A DNA stretch of 64,000 nt from Antechinus flavipes (lineage: Eukaryota). The notes under the pieces were generated by a model, which saw only the letters and a program-made list of their open reading frames with translations, did not search any database and was not told the origin of the DNA. This document shows positions 34,383-45,900 of this stretch, in pieces. The stretch lies in the NCBI RefSeq assembly GCF_016432865.1, contig NC_067398.1, forward strand, positions 48,670,001 to 48,734,000, read 5' to 3'. Position 1 is the first letter of the stretch. Each line of letters begins with the position of its first letter. Made by a program: the position numbers and the translations under genes.

Positions 34383-37300
34383 CTATAGGGTAGAAAAGAC
34401 AGAAAGACTGAGGACATGGATCTAACAGTTAAGAAAATCCAAATAGTTGCTCTCATTTGACGTGAAGGCTCAAAATGGGAATAATGTGAATTTGAGCTGT
34501 CTCTTCCCCAAGTCCAGACATTTATACAATACATAAGATTATAGCTGAAAGATAATTTTAAAATCTAATCCAAATACATTTTATATGAGTCAAAAACTTT
34601 ATTTCACATATGCAAAGTCAACAAATGTGAAAAGTCAGGACTAGAAGCCAAGTCTCTACCACCCCAGCTTTCTGTTGTATCCCATTGAATCACCAGTGAC
34701 AAAAGGTACTACCCTGCTATCGACCCCCAAACAAAAAAAGGTGGGCAGGCAAAGCAAACCCAGGTACCTGTGTCTGAGGAATTACAGCCTCCAATGGCAA
34801 TAGGAAGCTTTCATCTAGGACACTGCCAACTCGGCCAGAATACACGTGATCCCCAAGCACAGGACACAGCTGAAGCACCATATGCACCAGGAGCTGGCTA
34901 GGAAATGCTAGGGATAACAGTCACATCAAGAACTCTCCAGCTGCCTCTTGGAGCCAGATGTTAACTCTTCCTTCTGATGGCTCTTTATCTCCCTGGTCAA
35001 ACATGGAGTAGCTAAGAAGACCCCAAGTGCTAGCTATCAGTGGTAAACCTACCCCAACTCCTGCCCCCTTGAAACAGTTTCAGAAACCCCAGTGGATGTC
35101 CCTGGCTCCTACCTGTAAGCGGCTGGAGCTTTATCAGAGCACAATCAGATGTGGAATCTTCCACAAAAAAGTGGGTCAGGGTTTTCTTGACACCCTCTCT
35201 TAAGGCCTGTCGAGATGGGGCCTTCACTGGAACAACCTGTTCCCCAGAAAAGAAAAACCACCTCAAACTCTATGCCCTGATATTCTTCCCCTCCCCATTT
35301 CCAATGTTGTAAGAACCACCAAGGCCAGGCCACAGGGGTACTAGATGCTTAATGCAAACCATCACTCCTGATTTAGTGAGCCCAATAAAAGCCTCACCAA
35401 ACCTTCTTTACCAAATTTATGAAACACATCCCCTCTTTCCCCAAAAGCAAGAAATTAATGTTAACATTGAACTTACCGGGTCCATTCCTCTAACATGATC
35501 CAGCTTCAGGGCAACTTGAATCTCACCTTTGGTAGTAGCTGGGACCCCAACAGTTATAGCCCTGAGTGAAAAGTAGAGGAAGGAGGTCATAGAGCAGCCA
35601 CCCTGGGGCACTTAGCACTGAAAAGGGGAAACTAACATTTGCCTCTCACCAGTAGGTCACTGTGGGTTTCTGAGATCTTCGAGAATGTATGAAGAAATTC
35701 TGGAAGGTTTTGGTTAACTGGGGAGAGCTGGAGAGGAGAACGAGCCCTGAGCTCTCCCTGGTGGAGAAGGAGAAAAAAAAAGTCACATAATTGTCACCAT
35801 TCATCTATCTATAATACTTTAAGATTTATAATAGCCTTTTTTCACAACCACCCACAGAAGTTTGCCATTATACCCTGACAGCAGCCTTTGTGCCAAAGCC
35901 AAGATTATAACTCAGTCTCTTGACTGAAAGTCCAGTGATCTTTCTACCACAGAACTCACAATGTATCCTAGGATTCATTTCACAAATGAGGAAAGTAAAG
36001 GCCGAAGTAAAGTTAATTGCCCATGGTGACACAAATAGTTAAGTGGCAAAACTAAGATTAGAAGCTAGGTTTCCCACTGAAGGACATTTTTCCCACTATC
36101 CTATCCATTGTAGGGAAGTCTACAATCCCAGATCTTGCTAGAAAAACTTAAAGCGACTGAGCAAATCCAGTTCTCATGTGAGCTTTCAATCTGAGCTCTG
36201 CCTTTGATTTCTGGCTTAATATGATCAGTATAACTTACTTTCCTGGAGCTCTGACAATCTGGAGCTCCTGTCTGAACCCTAGGTACTGGCCTACTTCTGG
36301 AAGTACTGAGAGCAATGTAAGTTCTCCTGGTTTTCCTGGAGACACAAGGAGAAAAGTAATGAGACTTCCTACCTCCCAAATTCTTTAACCTTCCTTCTAC
36401 TTCCATTACTCCTGTAATCCTAAACAAGCCCTTCCACTGCCTTTCTAACCCACACTATTTCCTCCCCTTTCCCTACCTGTTACTGCTAATCCTTGTGGTT
36501 TGTTCAAAGCCACCAGAGGTCCTAAAAAACAAAGTCATCACATTAAGATAGAAAGCCTAGAAATGTAGGTGAGACTGCAAAATAAACTGAATATTTAATG
36601 AAAAAAGGAATAATTAAACCACTTTGTATTTATGTGATGGAATACTATAATGAAGAAGAATAAATAAGAGAAATACAAAGAAATCTGGAAAGGATCTTTA
36701 TGAAATAATGCAAAACACAAAGAATAGAATCCTAATTATAAAGTATATATTAACTAGCACCATGTAAGAGAAACATCAGAAAAATGAATGGCAATGAGGA
36801 CTTCAAAAACCTGAAACACCACTAATACTTTAAGTATTTATTTAGATGTTTTATTTTCATTTATTTAGATGTAATTACTTAACAAACAAGTTTAGTTGGT
36901 AGCACTGACAATATTAATTTTTTAAAACAAAATTTAAACAAAAATTTGCATAGGAGCTAGCTTTAGTCCCTTTCCTGTTCCCTAAAGGCCAAGAGTAAAA
37001 GAGTATCCTAGAATTGAGTTTATTGATCCCCAAATCTTTTGTCTCCCCCTCACCATGATGGTATAGCACAGCTGTCTTCATCCTTTCAGCCAACTCCTCA
37101 TGACTTAGTGTCTCTGGTTTTAGCATTCCAGGAAAGAGCTGGTTATGAAGGTCTCCTTTCTTCTTGGCCCCCTTAAGGTACATCTGGTACCTAATGATGG
37201 AAAAAGAAATGAACAGAAATTTGGGATATATCTATCCCAAATATATAACAGTGAAGAACACTGGTCTTTTAAGTCGGGGAGAGTTGAGTAAGTCTGTTTT

Positions 37301-38872
37301 GACACCGTTACACAGTACAAGTCATTTAACTGCTCTGAGTCTGTTTTCTTATTTGCAAAATGATGAAAATTATTATCTACAGTACTATGTTGCTGAGGTA
37401 AACACTTTGTAAACTTTAAAGTGTCAAATAAGTGTGACATATTCAAGGATCTCTGATTTTCTAGATGTGGGAGGTCTCTACAAAGACCTAAGACTTCTGA
37501 ACCTTAGTCAATGGTTTCAGGAGTTATGATCAAAAAATTAATTTCCTGTTGGTCAACCAACAAGTGTGATAGTGCTTCCCACGCTTAGCTAGGGCAGTTT
37601 TAAGATCACAGAATTATAAACAAAACTCTGTATGATATAATAAAAGATTATACTAATATACATCCTTCATGCCGTATGAAGAGTCAGACATGACCAAAAA
37701 TAAATGAACTATCACAATATAATGGTGATGAATATACTTCTTGTGAATATATAAGATGGAATAATAATTAAAAATAAAAGATAAAACAATTTTTTAAAAG
37801 AATCTACACATGAACAAGCACTTAAAATCAGGGGAAATAAAATCATCTTAGGGATAGAGAGGATCTTTTAGGCCTTGTAATAGTAGTTATAGTTAAAGAA
37901 AACAATTCACACATTTTCTGTCTGAAAATGTATGTGTTGTTCATCTCATTTATCACCTTTATCTTGAGGTGGGAAGCATGCTTTATCACCAATATACTTG
38001 AATCATCACTCGTCATAACATTGAACAGGATTCTTAAATCTTTCAAAATCGATTTACAGCCATTGTACAACTTGTTTTCCTAGTTAAGCTCATTGCATTC
38101 TACAACAGGTCATCTGATTCTGCCTAGGTTTTTCTGAAGACAGCTTTCATTATTTCTTATGCTGCAATAACATTCGATTACATTCAGAAACTAATTTCCT
38201 CGGTCATTTCCCAAATAATGGATCACTGCCCACTTTGTTTCCAATTCTCTGCTATGATAAAAAGTGGCACTGTTAAAAAAAAAAAAAAAGAAAGAAATTC
38301 ACGCCAGATTGAGGCAACTGACTACCCCGGGGCTGAGCACCAGAAAGGAAAGTCAAAATAAGCCAGAGTAGTGGTGACCCACAGCTCTAGTTCAGCGGCT
38401 CGGGAAAGTGGAGGCCCGGGAAGGGCTTGAGCTCAGGAGTTCTGGGTTGCAGTGGGAGGTTTCCCGTCCTCAGGGGAGTTCCCAAGGGCCCCCAGGCTCC
38501 CCTAGAAGGCTGCGCAGTCTCAGGTCCCGAAGTGGAGCGGGCTAAAGCATCCCCGCCTCCCCTCCCCCTCCGGTCCTTTTCTCTCCGTTACTTCTTTCCT
38601 TCTCAACCTGCCCCTCCCCTCTCCTCCCCGTCCCTGCCTTTTCCCCTCCCCCTCTCTCACTTCCCCCCCACGGCTCCCACGTTGTCCTCTCCCCGACTGC
38701 CCCTTCCCACCATACCCTACGCTCCTTCAGTCAGACCTCCCCCCCTACTGCCCCCCCGCGGGATCAATCACCATGTTTCACTCTTTTGGGTCTCGGACTG
38801 TGCCCTGACCCCTGTTCCCGGCCACGTCCCCCCACACAACAACCGACACCGACATGAGACGCGACCCCACAT
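34179..38872 (-). CDS. RPUSD3: RNA pseudouridine synthase domain-containing 3 (mitochondrial), complete, 346 aa
   Basis: complement(join(34179-34382,34768-34907,35113-35236,35477-35561,35650-35757,36239-36335,36477-36521,37054-37190,38772-38872)) = 1041 nt, all GT-AG. Motifs GPLVALNKPQGL, KESSGLVLLSS, VHMVLQLCPVLGDH and LPLHLHLH match RPUSD3. Confidence 0.94.
34768..34907 (-). CDS. RPUSD3: RPUSD3 exon 8
   Basis: ccctag|(A)FPSQLLVHMVLQLCPVLGDHVYSGRVGSVLDESFLLPLEAVIPQTQ|gtacc. Confidence 0.93.
35113..35236 (-). CDS. RPUSD3: RPUSD3 exon 7
   Basis: aacag|VVPVKAPSRQALREGVKKTLTHFFVEDSTSDCALIKLQPLT-G|gtagg. Confidence 0.93.
35477..35561 (-). CDS. RPUSD3: RPUSD3 exon 6
   Basis: cactcag|(W)AITVGVPATTKGEIQVALKLDHVRGMDP|gtaag. 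Confidence 0.92.
35650..35757 (-). CDS. RPUSD3: RPUSD3 exon 5
   Basis: caccag|(K)ESSGLVLLSSSPQLTKTFQNFFIHSRRSQKPTVTY-TG|gtgag. Confidence 0.93.
36239..36335 (-). CDS. RPUSD3: RPUSD3 exon 4
   Basis: ctccag|(G)KPGELTLLSVLPEVGQYLGFRQELQIVRAPG-AA|gtaag. Confidence 0.93.
36477..36521 (-). CDS. RPUSD3: RPUSD3 exon 3
   Basis: tttttag|(G)PLVALNKPQGLAVT-G|gtagg. Confidence 0.93.
37054..37190 (-). CDS. RPUSD3: RPUSD3 exon 2
   Basis: cattag|(W)YQMYLKGAKKKGDLHNQLFPGMLKPETLSHEELAERMKTAVLYHH-G|gtgag. Confidence 0.88.
38362..38456 (+). mobile_element. 7SL RNA-derived fragment (5' Alu-domain part)
   Basis: gcc...gtggtg...ctagttcagcggctcgggaaagtggaggc...gcttgagctcaggagttctgggttgcagtg aligns to the 7SL 5' end (GCTACTCGGGAGGCTGAGG...GCTTGAGTCCAGGAGTTCTGGGCTGTAGTG). 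Confidence 0.6.
38772..38872 (-). CDS. RPUSD3: RPUSD3 exon 1
   Basis: tcaagATG MWGRVSCRCRLLCGGTWPGTGVRAQSETQKSET-TG|gtgat; Arg-rich, presequence-like; phase matches exon 2. Confidence 0.75.
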
Positions 38873-39439
38873 CTTGACAGGAACTAGAAAGCAGCACGGA
38901 GCAATGCGCGCATGCGCTGAGGAGGAGGCAGGAGGCGGGATGGAGTACACAAGGGCGGCGACGGATCTCGTAGCTCCGCCCTCCAGTGCGGTGATTGAAG
39001 AAAATGGCTGTCAATTAGGCGAGGGGTGGGGCCTGAAACTAGAAAGCGGGCAAGGTGGGGAAGAGGCGTGACCTGAGAGTCAGGGGTTGGGCGATTCCCG
39101 CCTGCTGGGCTAGTTGCCTGGGTCCGTGCAAAATGAGGGGTGAGTTCCCTTCCAGTTCCCAAATACTCTCATAATTTGGTCCGTGCTCAATGCTGACCCT
39201 TCTGACCCTCGAACGCACCTCATCATCATTTCCCAAATTCATCCATCCTTTAAATCTTCCCTGAAGCTCCTGGCCCAGCCAGCCAATTCCCACTCCCCTT
39301 CTCCCCAATTTTTTGAAGGATTCCTTTTATATTATATATATGTGTGTGTATAAATATATATTTATATCTATCTATATATTATATAACCTTCTCAATACCT
39401 GACCATTTCTTTTCCAGTATGACCATTTCTTTTCCACAT

Positions 39440-40096
39440 GTTGTTCTAAAGTTTCTTTTTTTCCCCTCTTCCTTTTCCTCTTCCTCCTTTTCCTCCTCCT
39501 TTTCTTCTTCCTCCTCCTCTTCTTCTTCCCCCTCCTCCTCTTCATCCTCCTCCTCCTCTTCTTCCTCTTTCTTTTCNNNNNNNNNNNNNNNNNNNNNNNN
39601 NNNNNNNNNNNNNNNNNNNNNNNNNNNNNNNNNNNNNNNNNNNNNNNNNNNNNNNNNNNNNNNNNNNNNNNNNNNNNNNNNNNNNNNNNNNNNNNNNNNN
39701 NNNNNNNNNNNNNNNNNNNNNNNNNNNNNNNNNNNNNNNNNNNNNNNNNNNNNNNNNTTTTCCTCCTCCTTTTCTTCTTCCCCCTCCTCCTCTTGTTCCT
39801 CCTCCTCCTCTTCTTCCTTTTTCTTTTCCTCCTCCTTTTCTTCTTCCCCCTCCTCCTCTTCTTCCTTTTTCTTTTCCTCCTTTTCCTCCTCCTTTTCTTC
39901 TTCCCCCTCCTCCTCTTCTTCCCCCTCCTCCTCTTGTTCCTCTTCCTCTTCTTCTTCCTTTTTCTTTTCCTCCTCCTTTTCTTCTTCCTCCTCCTCCTCT
40001 TCTTCCTTTTTCTTTTCCTCCTTTTCCTCCTCCTTTTCTTCTTCCCCCTCCTCCTCTTCTTCCCCCTCCTCCTCTTCTTCCTCCTCCTCCTCTTCC
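39440..40096. repeat. Polypyrimidine (TCC/TTC)n complex simple repeat containing an assembly gap
   Basis: Almost pure C/T on the + strand; N-run 39577-39757 (181 N). Confidence 0.95.
39577..39757. other. Assembly gap (181 N)
   Basis: Run of n in the sequence. Confidence 1.
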
Positions 40097-41798
40097 AAAA
40101 AATAGAGGCATGGCCCAAGCCATAGGAAGACTAGCACCTGACTTAAAACTCTCCTCACCTTTTATAATTTATCTCCAAGCTTTCTCTTTTTAGGTTTTTC
40201 CAATGAGCATCACTGGTCCTAAAAACTGAGTTGCCAAATAGCAGTAGCCAAATGCAGATTTCTCTTTGTTCTAGGGTACAGATGGTTTCCTTGGCAAGAG
40301 GATGAGTTTAAGTGCAGCACATTGGGTTTGGAGGGATTTGGTTAAACTCATTTTCCTGATGAGAAGCCACTATACACTATCCTTATTATAAGCTATTTGT
40401 TAAGTTAACCCAACCTGAATTCCCTACCAGCCAGAACTATGGCAAAGAAGAGGGAAAGTGGAGAACGGCTCAGAACAGCAACATAGCAGAGAGATGGATG
40501 AGGTAAAAGATTGTAGGGAGGCCGAGGGTGGCCAGATAGAGAATTGCCTTTCACCAGTCAGGATAGCATGACTCTAGATTGGGAGCTCCAGTCACTGAAG
40601 TGGGATAGGGTAAGAAAGCATGTAGGAAGATGGGAGCTTCTTATTTTCCTAGTTAGTTAAGCATGACAGTCTTTGTGGCAGTGAAGACAAGTCATTTCAC
40701 AACTGAAAAGGATCTCTCTCTTCTGATGCTTGTTAGAATCCACCTTTTATAGCTCTCATAATGACAATGGATATTACATTTGATAATTCTTTAGACAATT
40801 TCCTGTGCTTTTGATGTGGCTGATGTAGGCATCAGCTGATGGAATTCGGTCATGTGAAGAATTCACAGTGGCCATTCTCTTTGGGAAAATGTAAGTTTAT
40901 GTAGAAGAGATTACAGACTTCCATGTTGTTTCCCCAAAGAAACTATAAATTTCTTGAGGATTTTTATTAGTTCTAGGACTAATTTCGTTAGTTAGTACAG
41001 GGACTCAATAATTAACATTTGAAATAACAATAAACAACTTTGTAACTCATCTCAGGGCATAGAATCTAAGTTTGGAAGAAGCCAGTGAGATAATCTATTT
41101 TACTCCTCCTCCCATATCATAGATGGAGTGATCCAGAGAAAGTAAATGACTTGTTCATAGTCATCCGAGCAATAAATGAAGAGCTATTATGAACCCACAA
41201 TTTCTAAATAGTTATGATGCCCTTTCTCTGACATTAAGAGGCTTGTGATCCTCAGTTAATTCCTGACCATGCTTTTCTACAAATTGTCCACTGAGGATTT
41301 ACCTACTATTGTGAAGGCCTCCTTTTGGTTATTTTAATATTTCATATGGGTAACAATGCCCCTTTTGCCCGTCCTCTCAGCCTCCATTTATATTTGCAGT
41401 TTGGGTCCCCAGAGGAAAGCTCACTAGTTTTTCCATTAGGGGTAACCCAAAAAGACTGGAGATTCTAATACTATTTCTTATTCTTATTATTGTGATGAAT
41501 TAATTGGGGGAAGAAGGTTTAAGTGACTTGCCTAGGATCACAAAGCTAGGAAATGTTAAGTGTTTAAGGCCAGATTTGAATTCAGGGTCCTCTTGACTGT
41601 ATTAACCTTAGTGTTATGCTGCTAATTCCTTATATCCATCTTGCATCTTTCTATTAACTGGATCTGGCTAGAAGGGTATGTTGATTTGAATGGAAATGGA
41701 ATATCAATCAGATCCAAGGGGCATTACTCCTTAGAGACTGACCTTTATATGCCCTAAGTAACTGGGAAGCCATATCAACTAGCCCAGATCTAGCCCTC

Positions 41799-42015
41799 CA
41801 GGGGTCCTCAAACTATGGCCCAAAGGCCAGATGCAGAGCTGAGGACAATTATCCCCCTTACCAGGGCTATGAAGTTTCTTTATTTAAAGGCCCACAAAAC
41901 AAAGTTTTTGTTTTTACTATAACATATATATATATAGTTTTTACTATAGTTCAGCTTTCCAATAGTCTGAGGGACAGTGAACTGGCCCCCTATTTAAAAA
42001 GTTTGAGGACCCCTG
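41799..42015. mobile_element. Non-autonomous hAT MITE (217 bp), OC1/OposCharlie1-type
   Basis: Perfect 16-bp TIRs caggggtcctcaaact (41799-41814) and agtttgaggacccctg (42000-42015). Family assigned from a recalled TIR; no 8-bp direct TSD. Confidence 0.8.
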
Positions 42016-42730
42016 CTGGCTAGACCAATTAAGTCTCAGGGACAACTTCTCTCTCTTTTAGGGAAAAAAATAGCTCATCCTAGTTGGTCTTTGATATTTC
42101 TTCAAAAAAGCTAATAATGTTCATTGGTTACTTGAGCAATCAATGGGAAGAGTACCACTCGAGTTGGGAGAATCATCAACCTTTTGCTTTATTAGATATT
42201 ACTTTAATTATAGTGGTATACTAAGAATCTAAATATTTTTGGACCCTATCAATCATATGCGATCACAACAGGATATTGGGTTTTAAATGGTAGCCTGGGT
42301 TCTAGGGGAAAAGAAAATTGGATACAGACTTCCTCTCAGCAGAGATAGAGGACAGTGGGTATGGAATGCTGTATATTCTGTCAGATGTGATTCTTTTGCC
42401 TTTTGGGTTTTGCTTAAAATTTTCCTCTGTAATAAATAATGAGTCCTATGTTGAGGAACATATTGAGAATGGATTGTAATGTCAAAGAGAGGGGATTAAC
42501 AAAGTATTAGAAATAGATGATTTTATTTGGGATAGGAAATTCCTGAATAAGGAAATTCTCTCTATCAATTCAAGTTGGCATTTTCTCTATAATACACATT
42601 CTTAGAGAGTTATCTAGAGCATTGAGAAATGAAGCAACTTACTTGACCAGGGTCATGTAACCCCTTTGAGTTGGGAGGCAAGGCTTGGTAGGATCTTCCT
42701 GGCTTCTAGGCCAAAGCCATATCCACTACA

Positions 42731-42912
42731 CCAGGGATTCTTAAACTTTCCCTTTTCATCTGAGAAACTGTTCCATGACCCAGCTATATAGGCATATAAC
42801 ATAGGTTTAAAAAAAAATCAAACCTTTACTGATAATAAATCCTAATTTCCAGCCCCCACATTCACTTCCAAGACTCCATATAAGGTCACAAATCACAGTT
42901 TAAAAAATCAGA
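42731..42912. mobile_element. Degenerate hAT/Charlie-like non-autonomous element (related relics near 51047-51200 and 58780-58950)
   Basis: Starts ccagggattcttaaacttt, ends cacagtttaaaaaatc; cagggattcttaa also at 51048 and its inverse gttaagaaatcctgg near 58935-58950. Confidence 0.45.
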
Positions 42913-45900
42913 CACTATACCACAATACTTCTCTAATGAGTTGTGAATTGGGTGGGGGAAGCAGGGAGAAGAGTATTTAAACCTAATAAAATAGCTGTAA
43001 AATATTTTATGTGTGTGGAGGAAACTTCATGACATTGTGTGAATCTAGACCTACATGACAGAGAAATCAGACTTGTTGTTCAGAAACCAGATGTGTTTAA
43101 TGTTTAACTTAGGACTAGATTTTGCTGACTAGAAATCCAGCCAGGTCAAAAGATTGATGCAAAAAAATATGAGTTTTTTTCTATTAGACATCTTATACTA
43201 CCTGGAAACTGCCTTCATGCTGGCCAATCAGCTATTATTTCCTTGTACCTTTGTTTGAATTTGAAATAATGTGTAACTTATAGACACTAGGGTTGAGCAA
43301 CTCTATTCTGCTTAATGAACAACTTAATGAATTTTTTCTAAATTATTACAGTCTCAGGTTTTGTTCTCAGCCAACATGTGATGTCAGTTTTTTTTTCTCC
43401 AACAAACTTTTTGATTATTACTTTGGATACCACCAGCACTTTACAACATGCATCTAAGCAATCATACCCACTGTAGCTTATGGAGAACCTGGGTTTGAAA
43501 AGAGCACCAGAAAAATAAGAATCACGATGTGATAGCAGAAATAATTTCTATTAAAGGTGATAATGTTCACAGGATAAATAGGAAAGCTTACATTTCTAGC
43601 ACGAGCAAAGATCCTTCTAAATGGCTACAGGGAACTTCTGGAAATGTTGGCTTGATTTGGATGGAGGCTTCAGTGAGTTTAATTGGAATGGTTCCTTTTT
43701 ATTCAGACTTTGATTAGTTTGTCATGTAGTTTTCTAGGCAGATATCCAGATAAAGGGGTTCCCCTAACCAAGAGCAAGCCATAGTCACTACTTTACTGAG
43801 CAAGTGATGAAAGCTTTACTTGCTAGGTTCAGACAGAGATGACTGATGTGACTGATGTGGACACCAGGTAATGGTAGGCACAAAATGATAGAGCCAAATG
43901 TTGGTGTTCAAGCATATGAAGAATTCACAATGGCCAATCTCTTTGGCAAAAGATAGGTTAAATGAGAAGAGATAACAGAAAAATGAAGGAATACAATAGA
44001 CAACAGAAATGGTAAACATTAAATAGAGCTGGGAGAGCATATAGTTAGCAAGAAAGGGGTTTTAATAATTAATGATGGAAAAGACAAGCTTCTTAGTGGA
44101 ATTCACAATTACCTAAGAGAAAGGGAACACCCCATGAAGTGCCCTTTGCTGGCAGGTTAAAAGGGATAAAAAAGAGAAATGGAGTTTGAGAAGAGAGACA
44201 CAGTGAGGCATAGTGGGGTTAGGAGACACTCTATGTGGTTTGGGTAAGTGGTAAAGGGAAAGACACCACAAGATGGAATGTCTCTGTGGACTGACCCAAA
44301 AGAGTGGAGCCAAGATGGTGTGGGCCACAAGCAGATTTATAGGAAAATTTTAACCTCAGGGACATAACTGGGATTTCTTGCACAAAGTGAGGCAGCTCAT
44401 GACTTCCACAGTGGGTGAACCTCAGGGGTGTGATATAATTTGGATTTCTCACTGGATGACCTCCGGGTGGGGCTCACTAAGCCAAATTGATTTCTATCAG
44501 AGCCTTTTCTCTGGCTACTCCAAGGAACAATTTCATCAGTGGTCCAATTTTTCTCAGTCAACTCCATTCAGTTACTGAGGGACCTCATCAATGACCATTA
44601 TGTTAGAATCTGAAAGAGTCCTTGTCTTTCTATTTAAAATCTTCCCCAATTCCCTCTCCTACCCACAAAAAATATAGCAGTCTTCTAAACAAGTAAGCAG
44701 ACCTGCAGAATAGGGTGATTGCAAATGACACTTTATATGGCACTTTAAAGGTGTCTCATTTGATCCCCACAACCCTTTGAAGTAGATAGATCATTCGTGA
44801 TTACCTTCATTTTAGAGGTAAAGGAATTGAAGCTCTGAAAATTGATGACTTTTCTTTAGCATCACTGAAAGAAGAGTTGAATTAAGTATTTATTAAGGGC
44901 TTACTTACTATGTGCAAATACAGGTCTAAGTGCTGAGGATACAAACAGAAAAGCAAGACTGTCTCTGCTTCTAAGGTTTTCACATTTTAAGGGGGAAAAT
45001 AACAAATATAAACTTAATCAGTAGTAAAGTTTTCTAATTTTTAAATCCAGGATTCTTTCCTAGAAACCAGTTAATACTTTAACTAAATACAGGGCATCGA
45101 TAATCCCAATACCCCAGGGCAATATAATGGGAAAAACAGAGAAAAAGGGTTCTGTCCCTTCCTTAAAAGGGACTGGAGCTGACCCATCTGTAAATTTCCA
45201 AATTGGCAAAATAAATGAATTAGAGCTGTCTGCTATCCATAAGCAGCCTACAAAACTCTCAAATGTAGCCAAAAAGATATTAAAATGTAATTAGGAAATG
45301 TTTAACAAAATAAATACAAATACAACATAAATAATATTAGTGTGTGGTTTTCTAAGTCAATATGCAATCTGCAGGGATTTGAGTTTGACCCTGCTGATTT
45401 AGGAGAACAATTTCTTCTTTACTAAAACATCTGTCTTGTATACTTTAGCTAGCCAATATCCTTCCATCCTAGGCTTTTGCTTATTTACATATATTTCAGA
45501 AACATAACTGTTCACATTCATAAACATTTTACATGCCTTCTTTTTTTTGAGATTTTAGCTGAGATTTATTTTTTAATATACACTAAAACAATTTTAAAAA
45601 TTTTTTTTCAATTTTGAGTTATACATTTTATCCCTCTATTCATCCCCTCCTTCTTCCTAACATGATAAGCAATCTGTATATAGGTACATGTACAAATTGT
45701 ACATGTACAATCATGTAAAACATTTCCATATTAGTTATTTTGTACAAGAAGACTCAAAAGAATGAAAGAAAAAGTGAAGAATAGCATGCTTCAGCCTGAA
45801 TTTTTAAAATATTTCTTTCTCTGCAGGCAGATAGTACGCTTCATTATTAGTCCTTTGTAATTGTCTTGGATCATTGTATTACTAAGAATAGCTGAATCAT

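Larger units (their letters stand above)
38320..39200. promoter_or_regulatory. RPUSD3 CpG island promoter with NRF1 site
   Basis: CpG-rich. Palindromic GCGCATGCGC at 38908-38917 is the NRF1 consensus, about 35 bp upstream of the ATG, fitting a nuclear-encoded mitochondrial gene. Confidence 0.75.

Noticed and set aside
39344-40158. Long poly-E, poly-K/R, poly-S, poly-G and poly-L ORFs, one with a hydrophobic leader
   Set aside because: Products of a C/T triplet repeat plus an N gap; the leader of the poly-E ORF starts at GTG; no splice support.
43529-44578. Short intergenic ORFs of 62-74 aa
   Set aside because: No homology recognised, no consistent splice chain, within chance length.
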